Source: Phoronis australis (taxonomy: Eukaryota > Animalia > Phoronida). Taken from it: a DNA stretch of 64,000 nucleotides. Positions 36,301 through 50,600 of the stretch are shown one piece after another. Under the pieces are notes generated by a model. It had not been told where the DNA came from and ran no database searches. It saw nothing but the letters and a program-made list of their open reading frames with translations. Where the stretch lies: contig NMRA01000257.1 in NCBI GenBank assembly GCA_002633005.1, forward strand, positions 258,566 to 322,565, read 5' to 3'. Position numbers and translations under genes: made by a program. Numbering within the stretch: position 1 is the stretch's first letter; the number at the start of each line of letters is the position of its first letter.

Positions 36301-37503
36301 TGCTTTATGGTGCCAATGCTGTTTGTTTCCTCTTCTATCGCATGACCATTGACGCTATGTGTCTTGTTTGACATGTCTATTCTGACTATGTGCGTTGTCA
36401 CATTCTTCTCTCTGTCGCTTTCCTGAGAGTGTTCACAACTTACTCATGGTACAGGGTGATTGTCAAATCATATTTCACCAGCGTTAATGCATGTTCTCAC
36501 CAACACCTGCTGGTCTCTCACCCTGGGCGGGGTGTTACTCCGCTGGGTGGTTACTCAGATTTTTTATTTTTGGAGTATCGACCCGTGAGAAGAAAGACAT
36601 AATACTCATTTCACAGAACTCTGTATAGCTTGTTTACTTATTTTGTGTGGATTTTTTTAAATGGATTATTATAGGGATTTCCCAAACTTTGATGATAACA
36701 AATCTGGATGTTGGCAATGCTTTGATCAACCATGTCTCAAAAAATTTTTATATTTTTGAGAATTTTAAAAAAATTTTCTACCTGATTGACTAGTGTGGAA
36801 ATTTGCTCACAAAGAATTACTTACAATACTTATTTCCAATTGAAGACGGTAGTAAACTGAAAGCTATTCCTTTCATGCCTGTATAGCAGCCTAAGTGTTC
36901 ATGTCATTGTATGACATGTAGGTTTGTCTCCCTTGCCATCCTCACAGGCGTACGGACGTACTATAGGCATGGTGTGGGTTCTATTCACTGGTTTGTGCAG
37001 TAATGTGAACAATGTCCTATTAAAGGTTATGCAAAAAACAAAAGTAGACATTTGGCTTTTCATTTTTTCTATAATTTTATTCATCATTTTTTGAGAAATT
37101 ATAAAATACTAACACATGTGTTACACCACAAACTGTGGCCGTAGGAAACATTCTACATGCAGCTCTTGAATGGTTTCATTTCTGAAGCATAGGTGGCAGC
37201 ACTGTCAATTTGGTTTGCCTTGAAGTTTTGCTGGGTGCACAAAATGATGCCGTCACAAATCAATGTGTCCTTGTCTCAAACATTGAGATCATGTTAGGTT
37301 TGATTAAGGAATATGTTGTGACCAATTTGATACCACTAAGTGGCCTAAATCAAACGTTTATTTACACTGAGTGAATCGATGTATATTTATTTACAGATGC
37401 TTCTCCACTTTCCAACTTTTGTTTCAATTTGGGATTATTTTTTCAGATTGCCGACGTTGAGCGCGAATCTGGTCAAAATCAAGGAGAGAGCGTAATCATA
37501 TAA
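30392..37503 (+). CDS. MS4A/CD20-like four-transmembrane protein; exons 30392-30605, 31600-31709, 32520-32576, 33556-33666, 34918-35079, 37447-37503 (or read-through of the fifth exon to the stop at 35211)
   Basis: Phase-compatible GT-AG joins. TM1 ALGIAQTTVGFITVML, TM2 AAGVWSGFMLIMTG, TM3 MLFTVFTIVVYVAAAVIIVYG, TM4 IFVTIIIFIGLVLTLTAFV. The LG..Q...G and W.G...I.TG patterns are typical of the CD20 family. The last exon is uncertain. Confidence 0.75.
31908..31978. repeat. Imperfect (CA)n microsatellite
   Basis: CACACGCACGCACACACACCCACACACAC run. Confidence 0.7.
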
Positions 37504-39477
37504 TCCTGGATTTATCCTATACTTTATTCTGTACATAATGTATGACCCAACTTTAGTGTACTCTGGGTTTTGTTTTAGCGGAGATCATTAAAATTGACTT
37601 TTTGTGAAATAGGCTATAAAGAACATTAGAAAGCTGTCACTGGACATGTGGACTGGAGAAATAAATTTCATATTAAAACGAGGACTGTACGCAACGTAAC
37701 GTTGAACTGAGACTCACTCAGTTTTTTATTTTTTGTGTGTAGTATGGTAAAGTGTCTTTGTATGCGCGTAATCTTTGTTTACGAACACCCTCTCGCTCGA
37801 GTAAAACGCGTAGTTTTCTTCATTTCACAGCACTGGGAGTTACTTGAATTCATAGTTTCCTCACAATATGAACCACACCCGACTCACAACGCTAATGTTT
37901 CTTACAACCTGATTCAATTTCTGAAAATATATCTTTTTTGTTCTAATGCAAGGAAACTTTACCATGCTAGAAGTCAGGTGTCTTTGTCCTATTTATGCCT
38001 TGGTGAAGTTGTAGTTTTGGTATTGACAATTTGGAAGTGTAGACCCACAAAATGTCCTGTTAGAACAGACATTTTGAGGTATTCAGTACCGATTCGGTTT
38101 GCTATGACATCATTGTTCTGTTTATTTGCTTAAAAGCCTTTCAGTTCAAAGTTATTTAAAGGTGACATACTATTTGTTTTTTGAAGAAGCTTAAGAATAG
38201 CTGGAGGCATTTATGCAAATAGTTTAACAATCGAGATGCCATGATTTGTTGAAGAGCCAGCCGGCCATATTGATGGGCGGTGCACTTTTTTCAGTGCTAT
38301 GCCGCACATGGTCTATAGGCGGTGCACCACATGAGGGCTGAGGGGGCTCTAGCCCCCCACTTTTTTCAGTGCTGTGCCGCCCATGATATTGTAATGATAA
38401 TGAGTTGATAAATGGTGCCAATTTCAGTGAAACATTTGTAAAAAATGTAGGTTTGTATATTTGATGATGATGTAATAATTTCTATTTATTATAGTTGTTG
38501 TAGGTAACTGAAAAGTGAATCAACGGTCATATTGTAATCCACTGCAGTGTTTGATATTATGAGGTAACACTTGTGAATCAACTGATCCTTTTAGAAGTGA
38601 ACACCGGGACACAGCCTTTCAGTCTTTACATGTATATGGACGCAGCCTTCCCATCTGTTACACGTATTTTGTCCACAAGAGTGTGCATGATACCCATAAC
38701 TAGGGTGTTTTCTTCTCATGGAGTGAGCAATGTAAAAGTAATTTTGCCTTTGAAAATCTCTTTTCACCGACACTCTTTACCCACTCCTATTTCTGACTAA
38801 CACCCCATTGACTGAGCATGGTAATAATTATGTGGCCCACTAGATTGGCCGTTGTAGGGCAGCGTGGCACCTCTTGTCAGTTATGTTGCTAACTGTATGT
38901 GGTGGCTTTCTGGTCTCTCATACATAGGACTGGTCTCCAATTTGTTCGCTAGTGGATGAAAGGTGCTTTTTTATGAAAGTTCCCAGATTTGCCGAGAGAT
39001 CTGGGCATAGGGTATAATCTCTGAGCTCGAAATTTTACTCAAAACAAATTTTCCCTTTTTTGTCTTGCTTTAAATGCAAGCTCAATATTATTGTTTTATT
39101 GTTCTGGACTCAAGTACCTTATGGTTTGTGCAGATGAGATTTTAGTCCAAGTTAGCATTATGAGTAGGCCTGTAAATTCAATACATACTCTAGTGAAAAC
39201 TTGAAATTTCAAATAACAACTGGAAATTTTAAGTTCAACTACAACTTTAATACTGGAGTCATCAAGTGCGAGCTAGGATTGGACATTCATCCTTGTAAAC
39301 TTACTAAACTTCAGCATAGAATAATAGACATTTATTTCAAGTTTGTATTGCAGAAATAGAATGGAAAATTACTAAAATAATTTTAAATCAGGTTTCAAGT
39401 AAAAAAGATTAGACCCCGGCTCTGGTCTGCAGTTTTATGGTCTTGGCCATGTGTTATTCTGTCTGAATGAATTATGT

Positions 39478-39739
39478 CATGCGCGCACCCGGTGGGGGCT
39501 CGAACGAGCCCCCCCCCCATTTGGCGAAGTGGGCAAAAAAGGTCCGTCCCTGAGAGACAAAAAGTCCGAGAAAATGGGACAAAAGTCCACTAAATAAGCG
39601 CAAATGCGTACTTCACGGCAGTGGTGCTCCCGTTTTAATTTTATTTTTATTTTTTTTAGTCCGCCGGCTGTTGTGTTAGCAAAAGGTTCACGACATCAAG
39701 AATTCGAGCCCCCCATATTGAAAGCTGGGTGCGCGCATG
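39478..39739. mobile_element. MITE with 5-bp target-site duplication
   Basis: TIRs CATGCGCGCACCC / GGGTGCGCGCATG, subterminal GGGGGCTCGAA inverted repeats, and TATGT on both flanks. Confidence 0.75.
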
Positions 39740-40248
39740 TATGTTAAGTATATAATGCACCTTTATTCTCCAGTATAAAATACATATGTAGCACTTAGTC
39801 AAGTGATATTTGACTCCATGCACAGGTGCTTCAACAGGTGCATGGGGCTCATGACTTTTAATATATAACATCCATTTTCTATCTGGTTGTTGTCCCTCTC
39901 CGTTTTCGTTCAATTCTTTTATATCATTTTTACATTTCGAGTTTTGCTGTACTCATCTGAAGAAGTGCTACACATGGTCGAAAGCTAATATTTTTATTTG
40001 TATTGCGCTTTTTAATACAGGACAATAAAGGTCCATTTGATAGGATATTTTGTTTTTTCATTTTACCTCTCCAGACTTTGCCTATTAAATTTATTTGTTT
40101 TTAAATATGATTGACAGAAAGCAGTTATAAACCCTCCTTCCGTCCCAAAAGCAATTTTTGATTTAGACTTCTTATCCTTGTGAAATTTGCCACAAAGCTT
40201 TCATTAGTCTACGTAAATTAGTGTGATTTCTGGACTTGGAAAGAGCAG

Positions 40249-41290
40249 GTCAAGTCAAGTAAAGTCATTTATTTATAGTCGGCTTAGTGAAACAAAGAAA
40301 AACATTAGCCATAGGCTAGTACGTGGACAAATAAATGCATAAGTTATAAAAGAAGTAAAAATATATATGTGAAATTAAAACAAAATTTAATTTACTATAT
40401 ACGAGGTTAACAAAATTGAGCAACAATAAGCACATGAGAAGGATATTATTTTTTAAAAATCCCAGATTCTGCACTTACAGGGAGGTTCAGTCTATGGGTT
40501 TGCATGCTGCATAAAAGTCTAAATGTAGTCACGATCTCGCCTCCTCTGATAATGAATTCCACAAATTAAAGCCATTGGCTCTGAAAGATAGTAGTAGACC
40601 ATACGGAGTAGTTCTGCACTGAGGGGTGTTTGTCGTATTGAATGATCTCAAATCATATGGGGTCCTGCGAATTGTGACAAGGTCCCACAGAAATGGGGGT
40701 GACAAGTGGTTCAAAATTTTGAAAGCCTCTTTTAGAATCATTCTCTGTCTAACAAGCTCAAGAGTAGGCAGATTAGCTATCAGTAATAGTGTTTCATATG
40801 AGCTAGAAAAATCATCAAATACAAAACGCAGATCCCTATTGAACTCGTTCAATCTTATTTGTATTGGCTTGGCCACAAAAATGCCAGATTAGAGCACAGT
40901 AGAGAAACTGGGTTAAAATAAAACATTGAAATATCATCCGGCTACTAAAGTTTAGAATCCTAGCCAGATGCTGTAAAACATTAAGCTGAGCTCCCGCCTT
41001 TCGGCATAAAACTTTAATATGATTGTCAAAACTCAGGTCCTCATCGATTACAACACCAAGTAATTTAATGTCCACCTCACTGGTGATTTTGGCTCCTTCA
41101 ACCTCGACAACAGCCCTGGATACGTTCTTAGAGTCATGAAGAAATATAGAATGAAATTTTGATGGATTTGCATCCATCATATTTTGCTTGAACCAGGTAA
41201 TTGCTTTTGAAGACTCAGATGTCAGTATTGCAATGACTTCATCCCTTGTGCGAGCACTTGCCTGAGAGAGTGTTATCATCGGCATAATTA
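40249..41290 (-). mobile_element. 5'-truncated, frameshifted CR1/L2-group LINE (RT C-terminal part and 3' tail)
   Basis: YADD at 41286-41275, followed by WFKQNMMDANPSK, KLLGVVIDEDLSFDNHI, KIERVQ and NLWNSL, with frameshifts. The tail reads ATAAATAAATGACTTTACTTGACTTGAC. Confidence 0.9.
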
Positions 41291-44200
41291 TACAACTGTG
41301 TCTCAGTCCGTGGTTATTGGTTGAGACCAGCCAGAAGACACTACGATTTGGCTTGTCATGGTGTGTCTTGTTATTCATGAAGCATTGTCTCAAGGAATAA
41401 CGAACATTATTTCTCTTAGAACAAGTTAAAACAAATTCTGTAGGGGTTATTGGTCTAAATCAAAATTTTGTCTCTTTGTAAGTTTGTGTCGTAGTTTTAC
41501 ATACATGTCATCAAACTAAAAGATTGTGGATGTGATTTGCAACTGTTTTTTATTTTAGTGTTCTACTTAATTTTTTCAAACCATTTTTGTTGATGTGCTC
41601 TCGTGACTGTTTCGCAATAGTTGATTAGTTTCAGAGTTTCTGCCTGTTCGGTTATTTGTTGTCCAAACTGGTTTAAGCCAACCACGAGGGAAGATAATTA
41701 TGGGTTACATTGGCTCACGACATAATCCTTTTTTCAATCCCATCTTATAGTTTCATTTTGGCTAGGAACTTGAAGAACTGGATGGGAAAATGTTAGATGT
41801 CTCTAAAACCTTTTCCCGGCATTTTTGTCTGCGTAATTGATTTTAAATTGTTAGCACTTTATCAACGCGCGCTCCTTCTGGCTCTGTTTTATTTGCGACT
41901 GTTATCCCGTTTGCGCAAACATTATCGTTATTCATCACAATCAGTCTCATCTGAATTCTAACAAAAAAGGATATTTCGATGAAGTTTATGTATTATTGTG
42001 AGGATAGTTTTAACATTTCACTTTTACGCGTGAGGCTGAAAACTCTTAAGAGCATTTTAACGCTGAATCATACAGGTTTTTAACGTCTGCTACAACATGG
42101 CTTTTTTCTCTCTTGTGTACATTACCATCGCGCTCTTTTGTGTTGAAGACAAACGAATAAATATCTATCATTATCAAAGTGTTTGTAGTAAGGATTACAA
42201 AACGCTAAGCAAATACAGATTGTTGGGAGACGGATAATCTTACACGTCTTGTGACTAGATGTGTTGCAATCGATTTCACAATCTTTTCAAGCGGTCGGGT
42301 ATTAAAAAAGACGACAAAAACAGAACTATTGATATACAACGTGTATGCGAATACCTGGATACTTTGAGGCCAAGAAGTTGTCAAATACTTGGGACGTTTG
42401 GGCTGTGTGTAGTAGTCTGAGTGTTTTTTTATTTTTTTTTTTGTTGTGGTAACCTCAGTGTAAAACACTGGTCATCCAGTAGACCCAATCAGAAATGTTT
42501 TTACGTCACCTACACTGTTTTGAAATACAGATAAGACATGGGTTGAAAATAAAATATACACCACCACATAGACAAAGATATTGTAATGTCAGTACAAAAA
42601 CAACAAGACAAGAACGAGTTAAAATAAGATTATTGAAATGAAGTGTTGAAACAAGCTAACCGTATTCATTTAAATAAATTAACTGAAATTCCAGGAATAA
42701 CAAAGAAACCAGAATTCGGTAAAGACTGGAGAGTCGAGTTATAGTTCGTTTTAAAGTGGTAATGTTTCGTACGGAAGGGATTGAAATTACTGACACACTG
42801 CCTCTGTAGTAGAAATTGGGTGTGATATACATTTGATATTGGCCCTACGGGAAAGAACGTTCTGCTGTACACGTTCTGAAATTAAGTATGACGAGACGGT
42901 GATCAGCAATACGGTACACGCGAGTACGCGCTTTTAATCCATCCCCCACATTTAATATAGTGCTTTTTGAAAGACATGTGTTTACCTCAGTATTTCGCAA
43001 AAAGGCTCATTCAATTATGTTTCACCTGTGGACACAGCTGATGGCCCTTTTACTGGCAAGCGCTTTGCTATCTACAGACACACTCATTGTCCTCGGCCGC
43101 ATTACTGTGCCCCGTACAATAAAACATCTTTACCTGACTTCTCGCTATATATTTCAGGTAAGATCACGTTATGATTAGCTGATTTGAAAATCTTTAATGG
43201 CAATAACAGAAAACAGTCCAGTTTAGTGACTTATGGTTGCAAATTTAGTTTTTATGTTTTCCTATTCGTATAAGGACCAGAAAAACACAAGTACGGTTAT
43301 GGTTGAACCAGACTTGGACATAATATTTTTAAGGAAAACGTTTGGTTGACATTAATTAAAAAATAGTGATGATGCCAAAATTTTTTCAACTGAAAACAAA
43401 CTGTTTAAATTCTTAAGATGCGAAGGAAATACATCTGCTGTGGCCTTATATCTAAACGTATTTTGTGAGCCTGTATCGTTCGTTAGACTGCTTCACTACA
43501 TTCGACGAGCTAATGATATCAAACAAAGAGGTGCGTCTGCATCTTCCGCATCACTTTCAACATTGAATAGATCGTCACGCAGAGTCAATTAGGCCAGCAT
43601 TGCGTTTACATGCTGCGATCTCTCAGTATCGTCCGAGGACGCACATTTGCAAATACAACCCGATAGGTCATTTGTAAACAAAACATAAAGGAGATATCCG
43701 AGCTATCAAATCAAAGAAAAATATATCTACATATATATACATGTATGTAACAAACACTCTGAATCATCATAACATTTATTCACCAAAGAAGACGCGTTTT
43801 TTACATAAAAAGGCTTGCGTTCGTTACTGCCAACGTGAACTTGGAAGACGTGCTATCTTTTCGTCATAAAGCCAAGAAATTCGCCTATAGGCAACTGATA
43901 ACTTGGTTAACAAAATTCACAAGGATTGTTACGTCAACAGTGGGTGAACAACTTTCTCAATCCGCCCTTCTGGAGTACGGTGCATATATATAGCTTCAAC
44001 GATTCCAGTCGAGAAGGTAAACTGTTAGTGCTTGCAACCCGAGTTCAGTGACTCGAAAGTTCATGCACTTTAATCGTTTCTGCACAACGAGGTTAGGAGC
44101 CAACAGTCATGAACCTGAGCAAATTTTTCTAAGGCATCTAAAATTATTATTTTCTCACCCGCGGCAACGTGTGACAATCAGTTGACAGACTCCTTATAAA

Positions 44201-44614
44201 CGTGCATTCGTATAAAAATACAAAACATTTTTTATCTCACCTCATTATCAAATACCCAAGGTTACGCCAATCGAAAAAAATAAGCACAAACTTATATTCA
44301 TTTCCTTTGATTTTGGAAATTATTTACAAATAGTTCAGTATTGGTGTGTCCAAGTGGACATTAACGAGCCACAGCACTTCCGGTTCTGAATGTATATCAC
44401 AAGTAACTGGCCAATAAAAAACACAACATTTGAAATTAAAACCCTAACACTGCATTGAACTATTCACATTGCCAATTCCATTAAATAAAATTATAAAAAC
44501 CTCTCTGAGTAAAAATGTAATGGGTAATGTTCCACGAGCCAACATATTATCATGCCATGCGACGCAATATAATTCGGCGTCATCCAAGTTGCATTTGGAA
44601 TCGTAGTGTCCCAT

Positions 44615-47600
44615 TCACCGTCTGAACAGGGAGTATGAGACGGCCGCCATTAACAAGAAGGTTCCGAGTTTGCCCGTCACTTCAACAGCACCTGTAATTA
44701 AATTACCAAAATGTGATAAAGCTGGACAAAGCAGTCATCCTACTTTCGTTACTACGGATTGATCGTTAAAATATGACCAAAATTAATGTCGACCTGAAAT
44801 TGTTTTCCATTATGAAAGTTTTAAATTAAAAGCAGTCTACGACGCCTCAGCTGCACATGAAGGAAGCATCATTCTACGAACACATAACTCGTGCCAGGTT
44901 TGGCATATGTTCCTAGGTTGCTAAAGCGCCACACTTTTAAGTTTATATAATGTTACTAGAATGACAGCTCACCGTTGTTGCCCAGCGTATCATCTATGAG
45001 AACACCGTCGTCTTTAGTTGTGACTTCAACGACAGACGGTGTGGTGCCATCGACAACTTCACTACCACAGTATGGTACCATCGATTGCAAGAACGGTTTC
45101 ATTGTTTCCGTGTAGCTCTGTTCAAGGGCCTGGCATCCCTGAATCTTAGACTTCACGCACACATTAATCTGTGTGAACATCCTAGGGTGAACAAGATAAC
45201 GCATCGTTTAGAGCTTACGGTCATGGATGATGTCTATCAAATTATATCGAATTTTAAACAAACGTTTCCACTCACGATCTTCTTACGCGTCTTGCTATCA
45301 AACTTTCTAGTCTGATGAACACACTGTTGCTCAGCTAGGGGCAACAGCTGACTCGAACCAGTTGATAGCAATACATGTATACTCACGTGCACATGTTGTC
45401 GGAACTTTGCGATGATTTCACATTCCCCTCAGCTGTTGTCTTTTGTCCGAGTACACTCTTCTGGCGATTCAATGGATCCTTAGCATTTAAGAAGGTTGAT
45501 TTGTCTAGTTGCTGGTTTGATGGCGTATCCATGGCTACGCAGTCTGACAAGTCCATGGCTGCGCTACATTCTAAAATGTTACATAGAATTTTTAAAATTA
45601 GGTTCGGCGGATTATTAAACAGGCATATCGTTTACAAAGCAAACATGAACGTTTGTAATTTGAAAATTGTTGTTGGCTTTCCTGATTGCAATATGTTTAT
45701 CTGTTTGTGAAATAGTAATGCCTTTGCTTTATGTAATAAAAGCAGCACTTCCCAAATCTTGTAAACTTCTTGCTTTGTCTTGGGTAAAACAAACAGGGCC
45801 AGGATAATTTCTCCACACACTGTCACAGCCGTGCGGGCGTGGTCTGAGCAAGAAGTGTACGAAGAATTACACTACACTCCTTGGTCTGAGTCTGATTTTC
45901 TACAAACATACGAACATCGCAACAGCATTAGGTTTACAGCTAAAAAGACATGAAATTCACTCCTTTTACCTGAGGAGCACATAACTTCCACCAGCGATTC
46001 ATTTTGCGCTTTCTTTACTGGTTGCATCTTCATTTGGAAGTGCTGTTTGACGGTAGCGTTGCATGTATCAATCGTCCCACTGACACACTGGGCCACAGAC
46101 TTGACACTATTGGCATACCTGTAAAAAATAATTTAGAATTTGTCAGTAACTTTATTCCTCCAACATGAGGTCAAAAACCTCGAAGACCAATAATGTGTTC
46201 AAAAAAATCTGCCTGCGCGCTGACCTTACTTTGGTGAGTGATAATATAGAAGTATATTAAGTTTACTCTATGACGATTTCTATTCGCTGACATTCTTTCC
46301 ATCTGCTAAAATAGATTCCCTTAGAAGTTTCAGTTTTTACATTATTTTTGTTCGACTTACATGCAGGAAGCAGACATCATTCTCTTCAGACCTTCCGCTC
46401 CCATCGTCGACCTTGCCTCTCTTAGGTAACCCAAGACGGAGGGAAGGCCTCCAGCGTCAGCGCTCAGCTTTCCAGCCTTTTTCAAGTGGCTCACTCCTGT
46501 CTGCATCAACTTATCAAACTCTGTTGTTTCTTTCATACTCATTGCACTGTACATTTTGTTGAACATTGTTTCAAAGAGGCTCTTGCTGTTCAGCATTGCC
46601 ATCATTCCACTGGAGTCCCTGTCATTCATATGGACAACTCCCGCAGCAGTAAGAACTTTACCCATTTTACTTGCGCTGAAAGACAGGTTGCTCTTACTGA
46701 AGACGTCCATATTGCTATCAAAACCTCCGGATACGTCGAACGTCTGGTTGACCATTTTTTCGACTTCGTGTGATATATTCTTGTAAAGCTGGTCGAAGTG
46801 TAATTTGTCTCTCGTCAGCATATCATCCATACACGAACTTGTGTTCTTTAACATCCACATAAGCATGTCACTTACTGCCCCCATTTTGGTAGTAATAGGG
46901 TTTATCCATTTCTCGGTGATGTCAAATGCTCTGTACTCGGCCGTCATGTTCAGTAAGATTTCTGTCACGTTGAAATGGTACATTTTAGACTCTTTTGCAA
47001 ATTTGTGGAATAATTCGCCCATTTTTTGAGTGGCATTAAAATTCTTTTGTCTGGTCAGAAGACCAGCCAAAGAGTTGACAGATTTGTTTGGCACAAGTGG
47101 TTTACGTCCTATGAAAGCTGAGAAATTCATTTTATCAAGGGCATTTGCAACAGAGATAAAGGACATCATGTCGAATTTATCACCAAATACTTCTGTAAGG
47201 TTCACCATATTCTCTTCCATCGTCTTTTCAACATTTGCCGTTAAGTTAGCCTTTGCCTCGGCCATTATTTCTCTAAATGCGGAGAAGTCCAAGCTTGCAA
47301 TTCGCTTAGTGTAATTCATTTGTGAGTCCTTGTCTAGTTTAGCCATGGAAGCCATCTCGTACAACTTGTACTGAACCATGGTGGTGTAGTTTGACATCAT
47401 GCCCTCCATCATTGTCTCCGCCATTCCTGTACCTATCACCATAGAGGTCTTTATTTTCATGCCTCCGTCTTGCAAAACGCTTCCAATGTCACATTGGCCT
47501 GCTCGTGTAACTTTGTTTGAAGCTACGCTTACTTTTCCAAGGCTTCCCAGGTCAAGAGTTTCTTGCTGAAGGTCCAAATTGCCAATGCCTATGAGCAAAG

Positions 47601-50600
47601 CGCTCAAGTTATCTTCTGGCTTAGCAATATCTTCAATCTTTTTGGGAAACGTAATGCCACTTACATTCTTGACGACGTTCTCGGCGTCTTTCATTTCTTT
47701 AAGGCTTGCTCGCTTTTCAGACTGTCCAAGAAGACGCTTTGTACTAAGAAGTTTCATCATGCTGGATATCAAGGCCGTTTCAAAATTTTGTTCTCCCATA
47801 CCACAGTGTTGGCCAGCGTTGTTTAAAAGAGTTTTTGTAGAGAAAGGAACAGGTGAAGCCTTTAATACAGTTTCTGCAATCATGCCATAAACAACTGTAA
47901 AACCTAAGATATCAACCATGCTAGCTTCGCTTGTTGGCCTTTGTGGCATACTGGAGTTTATCAGGGTACACACGCCTTGCTTTTTGACGTGCTCCAGAAT
48001 ACCATGGAATTTATAACCAATGTCTTTGAGAGATGCATTTTGACACTTAGGGTCCTTTACGTGACACACGCCAGTCATGTTCTTAAGCCATATCGAGACG
48101 TTGCTCATCTTTTCGTGCATTTCCTCGCTTTTGTACTTCGCCCACATTGTGTAATTCTTCACTTTTTCACTCAAATGATTACCCATGTCCGTGAGGTTTT
48201 TGGCCTTTTTCTTGACATATTCTGTGCCATTCATCATTTTGTCGTTTGCATGCTCTGTCAAGTCTGTTGTCCATTCTTTACCATACGTCAGCATCATCTT
48301 AGCTTTTTTCTCTAAACCTTCCAAAACTCTAGCCATAGCTTGCATTGTGCAGTTTGCAATAGCTTCACGTTTGTGGGTCTCGTTCATTGATTGTTTTTCT
48401 TCTGTCATATTCCTGGACATTGTCTTATTGCTGTTCCAAAACCAACTCATGTTCTCTCCTTTCATGGTAACCATGGATACTGTTGCGTTCATTAGTCTTG
48501 TTAAGGCAGGGAACAGTTCAGCTTGTTTCTCCGTGTCTTGTGCAAAGTTGTACAGGGTCATCAGTTGCATCGCTTTCTTGTCTATACCCCATGGGTCATC
48601 TTTTTCCTTGAAGAAACTCATAACAAAGAGGAAGGCGCTCATTCTGTCGTGTGTCCATTCAGTTTTGTTATCCATGGTCATGACCTTGTATGCCATCGTA
48701 TGCGCAAGGAGAGGATACAGGACACTTCTGTGATCAGCCATCATCATGGTATGATTACCAAGATAGTCTCTGTAATCTTCTGCGTACGACTTAGACATGG
48801 CGGACATCAGCACAAACATCTTCTTCCATTCGTCCACTTTTGTTTTTCCCATTTGCTCCATTATTTCCATTGGGTCAGTCGCATTTGCATGTTCCTTGAT
48901 GTCTTCCATGTACGACTCCATGACGGCTATCATGATGACGTGGCGTGCATAGGAATTGAAGCTGAACTTCTCACTGTCCATTTTCGGTTTCGCGTGCTCT
49001 AACATTTTGTTAATCTGCTCTATTTCTTGGAATGACCGTTTGATGCTGAAAGATTCCGCTGTCATGTTTTCCATCATCATCATTCCCATAGCTGAACAGA
49101 CTTTGCTGAAAAATACCGCCCGCTTTATATTCTTGGTCATTGGATCTTCTTGTTTCATTCCACTATTCATCATCATCATAGACTTCATCATGTCAAGATA
49201 ACTGGAGGATAGACCAAATTTGTCAGTCATGTCTTCCATCTTCTTCATAATCGCCACTCCTTTCTCAAAGTCGAACCACGTCTTGTTGCTTGTGCTATTG
49301 TCCATTTTCTTCATAGACATCCAGGTTTGGTTAGCCTCTTTCCATTTGTTATGTGTTGTATTCTTCATCTTTGCCATCCACTCTTCTTTCCAAGTCATCC
49401 AACTCATAATTGATGAGGTGACGTAGGCACCAAGATATGCTGAGGTATAGAAGTTGGTGAGTGTCATCTTTTGCAGCATAGCACCAACGTCTGGCATGTG
49501 TGTCATTTCCCACATTGGCTGGTGCCTCTTTTTCTTGTGTTTGGTGCATTTCGGAAAATATTGTGTTATATTCGTTTTGTCAATCTTTTCCAACCATTCG
49601 TCAAGTGAAATATTATTTTTGAAGTTACCCAGCCAAGTAACAATACCAGTGATGTTTCCGTCTTTATGGTCCATTGTTTTGTTTCCCTTTAAAATAGCGA
49701 GAAATTCAAAAATTTTCTTTTCCCACGGGTCAGACGGGTTCATTTTTTCCCAGAAACGTTTTAATTTTTCTTGGTGCTTCTTCATCATAGATGACCATTC
49801 CCACCCCTTTGACATGTTTCTGTCAGACGATTTATTGTAATGCCAGTCCATCATCAACATTTCAGTGACTTTCTTGTCTTCCATTTCTGCCATCAAGTTA
49901 GCTGCCATAACAAAATGTGACATGTCCATTGACGACATCTTTGTCATGCCTTTGCGGAAAAAATGTTCGGGGATACCCGTATCGTATAACTCTATCATGC
50001 CGTCGATTGACTGTTTTGTGTTCACAGGCTCCCAGGACCCAAGTAGGAAAGCTTGCATAAATGGTGGCATGACGTGTTCCTTCATAATTTTCATCATTAG
50101 GTCATAATCAAACGAGGACTCCTTTCTCCAGGTTTTATTATACTTGCCGGTGATGAATTCCCAGTAAGACATGTTACTTGATTTGAACATGTCCCATTTT
50201 TCTTTCTCAAACCAGTGCTTCCAACTGCCAGGCATTTTCGATTTTGACCACCACTTCATCATGTCTGTCATGTTACCCTTGTGCCACCACTTCATCATTT
50301 CTGTCATGTTACCCTTTGACCACCAGGAATCGGAAGTATTTTTCTTTTCCCACCATCCAGACCATTTTTCAGACGCGTTGCCTTTAGACCACCAGCTCAT
50401 CCAGTCATCTGATTTGCTCCACCAAGAGTCATTACCACTCTTCCACCAGTTCATCCAACTGTGCGAAGAATCAGTCATATTCTTGGTATGCATGTCATTC
50501 CACCAGCTGGTTTTGTCTGTCCACCAACTCATCGCGGTCATGTTGCCCGACATGTCAGAGATCATAGCGGCCATTGTTGTAGCGTTCATCGTCAGCACGC

